NCBI GenBank assembly: GCA_051888155.1 | Contig: JBJFAY010000098.1 | Span: 1-63,612, forward strand | From: Alphaproteobacteria bacterium | GTDB lineage: Bacteria > Pseudomonadota > Alphaproteobacteria > CAAGCB01 > CAG-977 | DNA length: 63,612 nucleotides | Direction: 5' to 3' | In this document: positions 63,391 to 63,612 of the stretch, piece after piece | How positions within the stretch are numbered: the first letter of the stretch is position 1 | Layout of the letters: each line of letters begins with the position of its first letter | Translations under genes and position numbers: made by a program | The notes under the pieces: generated by a model | Told to the model about the DNA's origin: nothing | Seen by the model: the letters and a program-made list of their open reading frames with translations, nothing else | Database searches by the model: none

Positions 63391-63612
63391 ATGACAAAAA
63401 AAAAGAATTGTTATTAAAAATTTTAAAAATAATAATTATTTATTCTTATCTTTATTCTTCGTGTTGCTTCTATTTGATTGTTTTTATGATAGGATTTGAA
63501 GGGGGGCTCTTTACTGTAACTCAATTTTATTTAATCTTATATGGTGTTCCTCTATCCGCTTCGATTTGTTTTTGGTTTTATCGCAAAAAAATATGCCGTT
63601 ATTTATTTTGGT
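63391..63612 (+). pseudogene. Array copy 3 (close to copy 1), out of frame because A9 replaces A7 after the start codon; cut by the window end
   Basis: ATGAC-A9-GAATTG reads MTKKKNCY*. The downstream sequence matches copy 1 apart from a few substitutions. Confidence 0.55.

Larger units (their letters stand above)
62690..63612 (+). repeat. Tandem repeat with a period of about 417 bp: identical gene 3' end plus intergenic spacer. It continues past the window end.
   Basis: 62724-62960 and 63141-63377 are essentially identical. A third unit starts at about 63530. Confidence 0.85.

Noticed and set aside
62558-63612. Considered whether the terminal periodic repeats are a CRISPR array
   Set aside because: The period is about 417 bp and each unit contains an ORF with a ribosome-binding site. 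No short 25-40-bp direct repeats with unique spacers are present, and there are no cas genes in the window.
61300-63612. Considered calling a prophage because of the MuF (phage head morphogenesis) domain
   Set aside because: No portal, terminase, capsid, tail or integrase genes are present in the visible flanks. The MuF signature alone is also found in polymorphic toxins.

Overview
This is a 63.6-kb chromosomal segment. It is most consistent with an alphaproteobacterium: there is a GTTC-N7-GTTC SOS box upstream of lexA, a glyQ-glyS-ppdK block, and a CTTG...CTTATATAA heat-shock-type promoter upstream of dnaKJ. A flavin-reductase/double-rubredoxin fusion and a 2x[4Fe-4S] ferredoxin hint at an oxygen-sensitive lifestyle, but that is inference.

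The backbone is housekeeping: plsC, ftsEX, lysA, gpt, lexA, ppdK, glyQS, dnaKJ, dapB, htpG, a peptidoglycan synthesis/recycling neighbourhood, and a seven-gene MCE/Mla-type operon. By eye, visibly AT-richer accessory islets interrupt it:
- a TopAI(YjhX)/YjhQ toxin-antitoxin pair with an overlapping leader ORF;
- an ArsR-permease-thioredoxin-like operon next to tRNA-Glu;
- an ArfA-like ribosome-rescue gene that carries an intrinsic terminator inside its own ORF;
- a BcgI-like (type IIB) restriction-modification pair whose leader has competing terminator/antiterminator pairings;
- two candidate toxin loci followed by small 3-TM proteins, one of them a tandem, diversifying gene array that runs off the window end.

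Three A9 homopolymers each sit exactly at a reading-frame break. A GC-rich mini-hairpin repeat family starts immediately after two stop codons and builds a MITE-like composite at 49.4-50.0 kb. I recognised no rRNA, CRISPR array, transposase or integrase. All family assignments rest on motif recognition by eye, with no database search.
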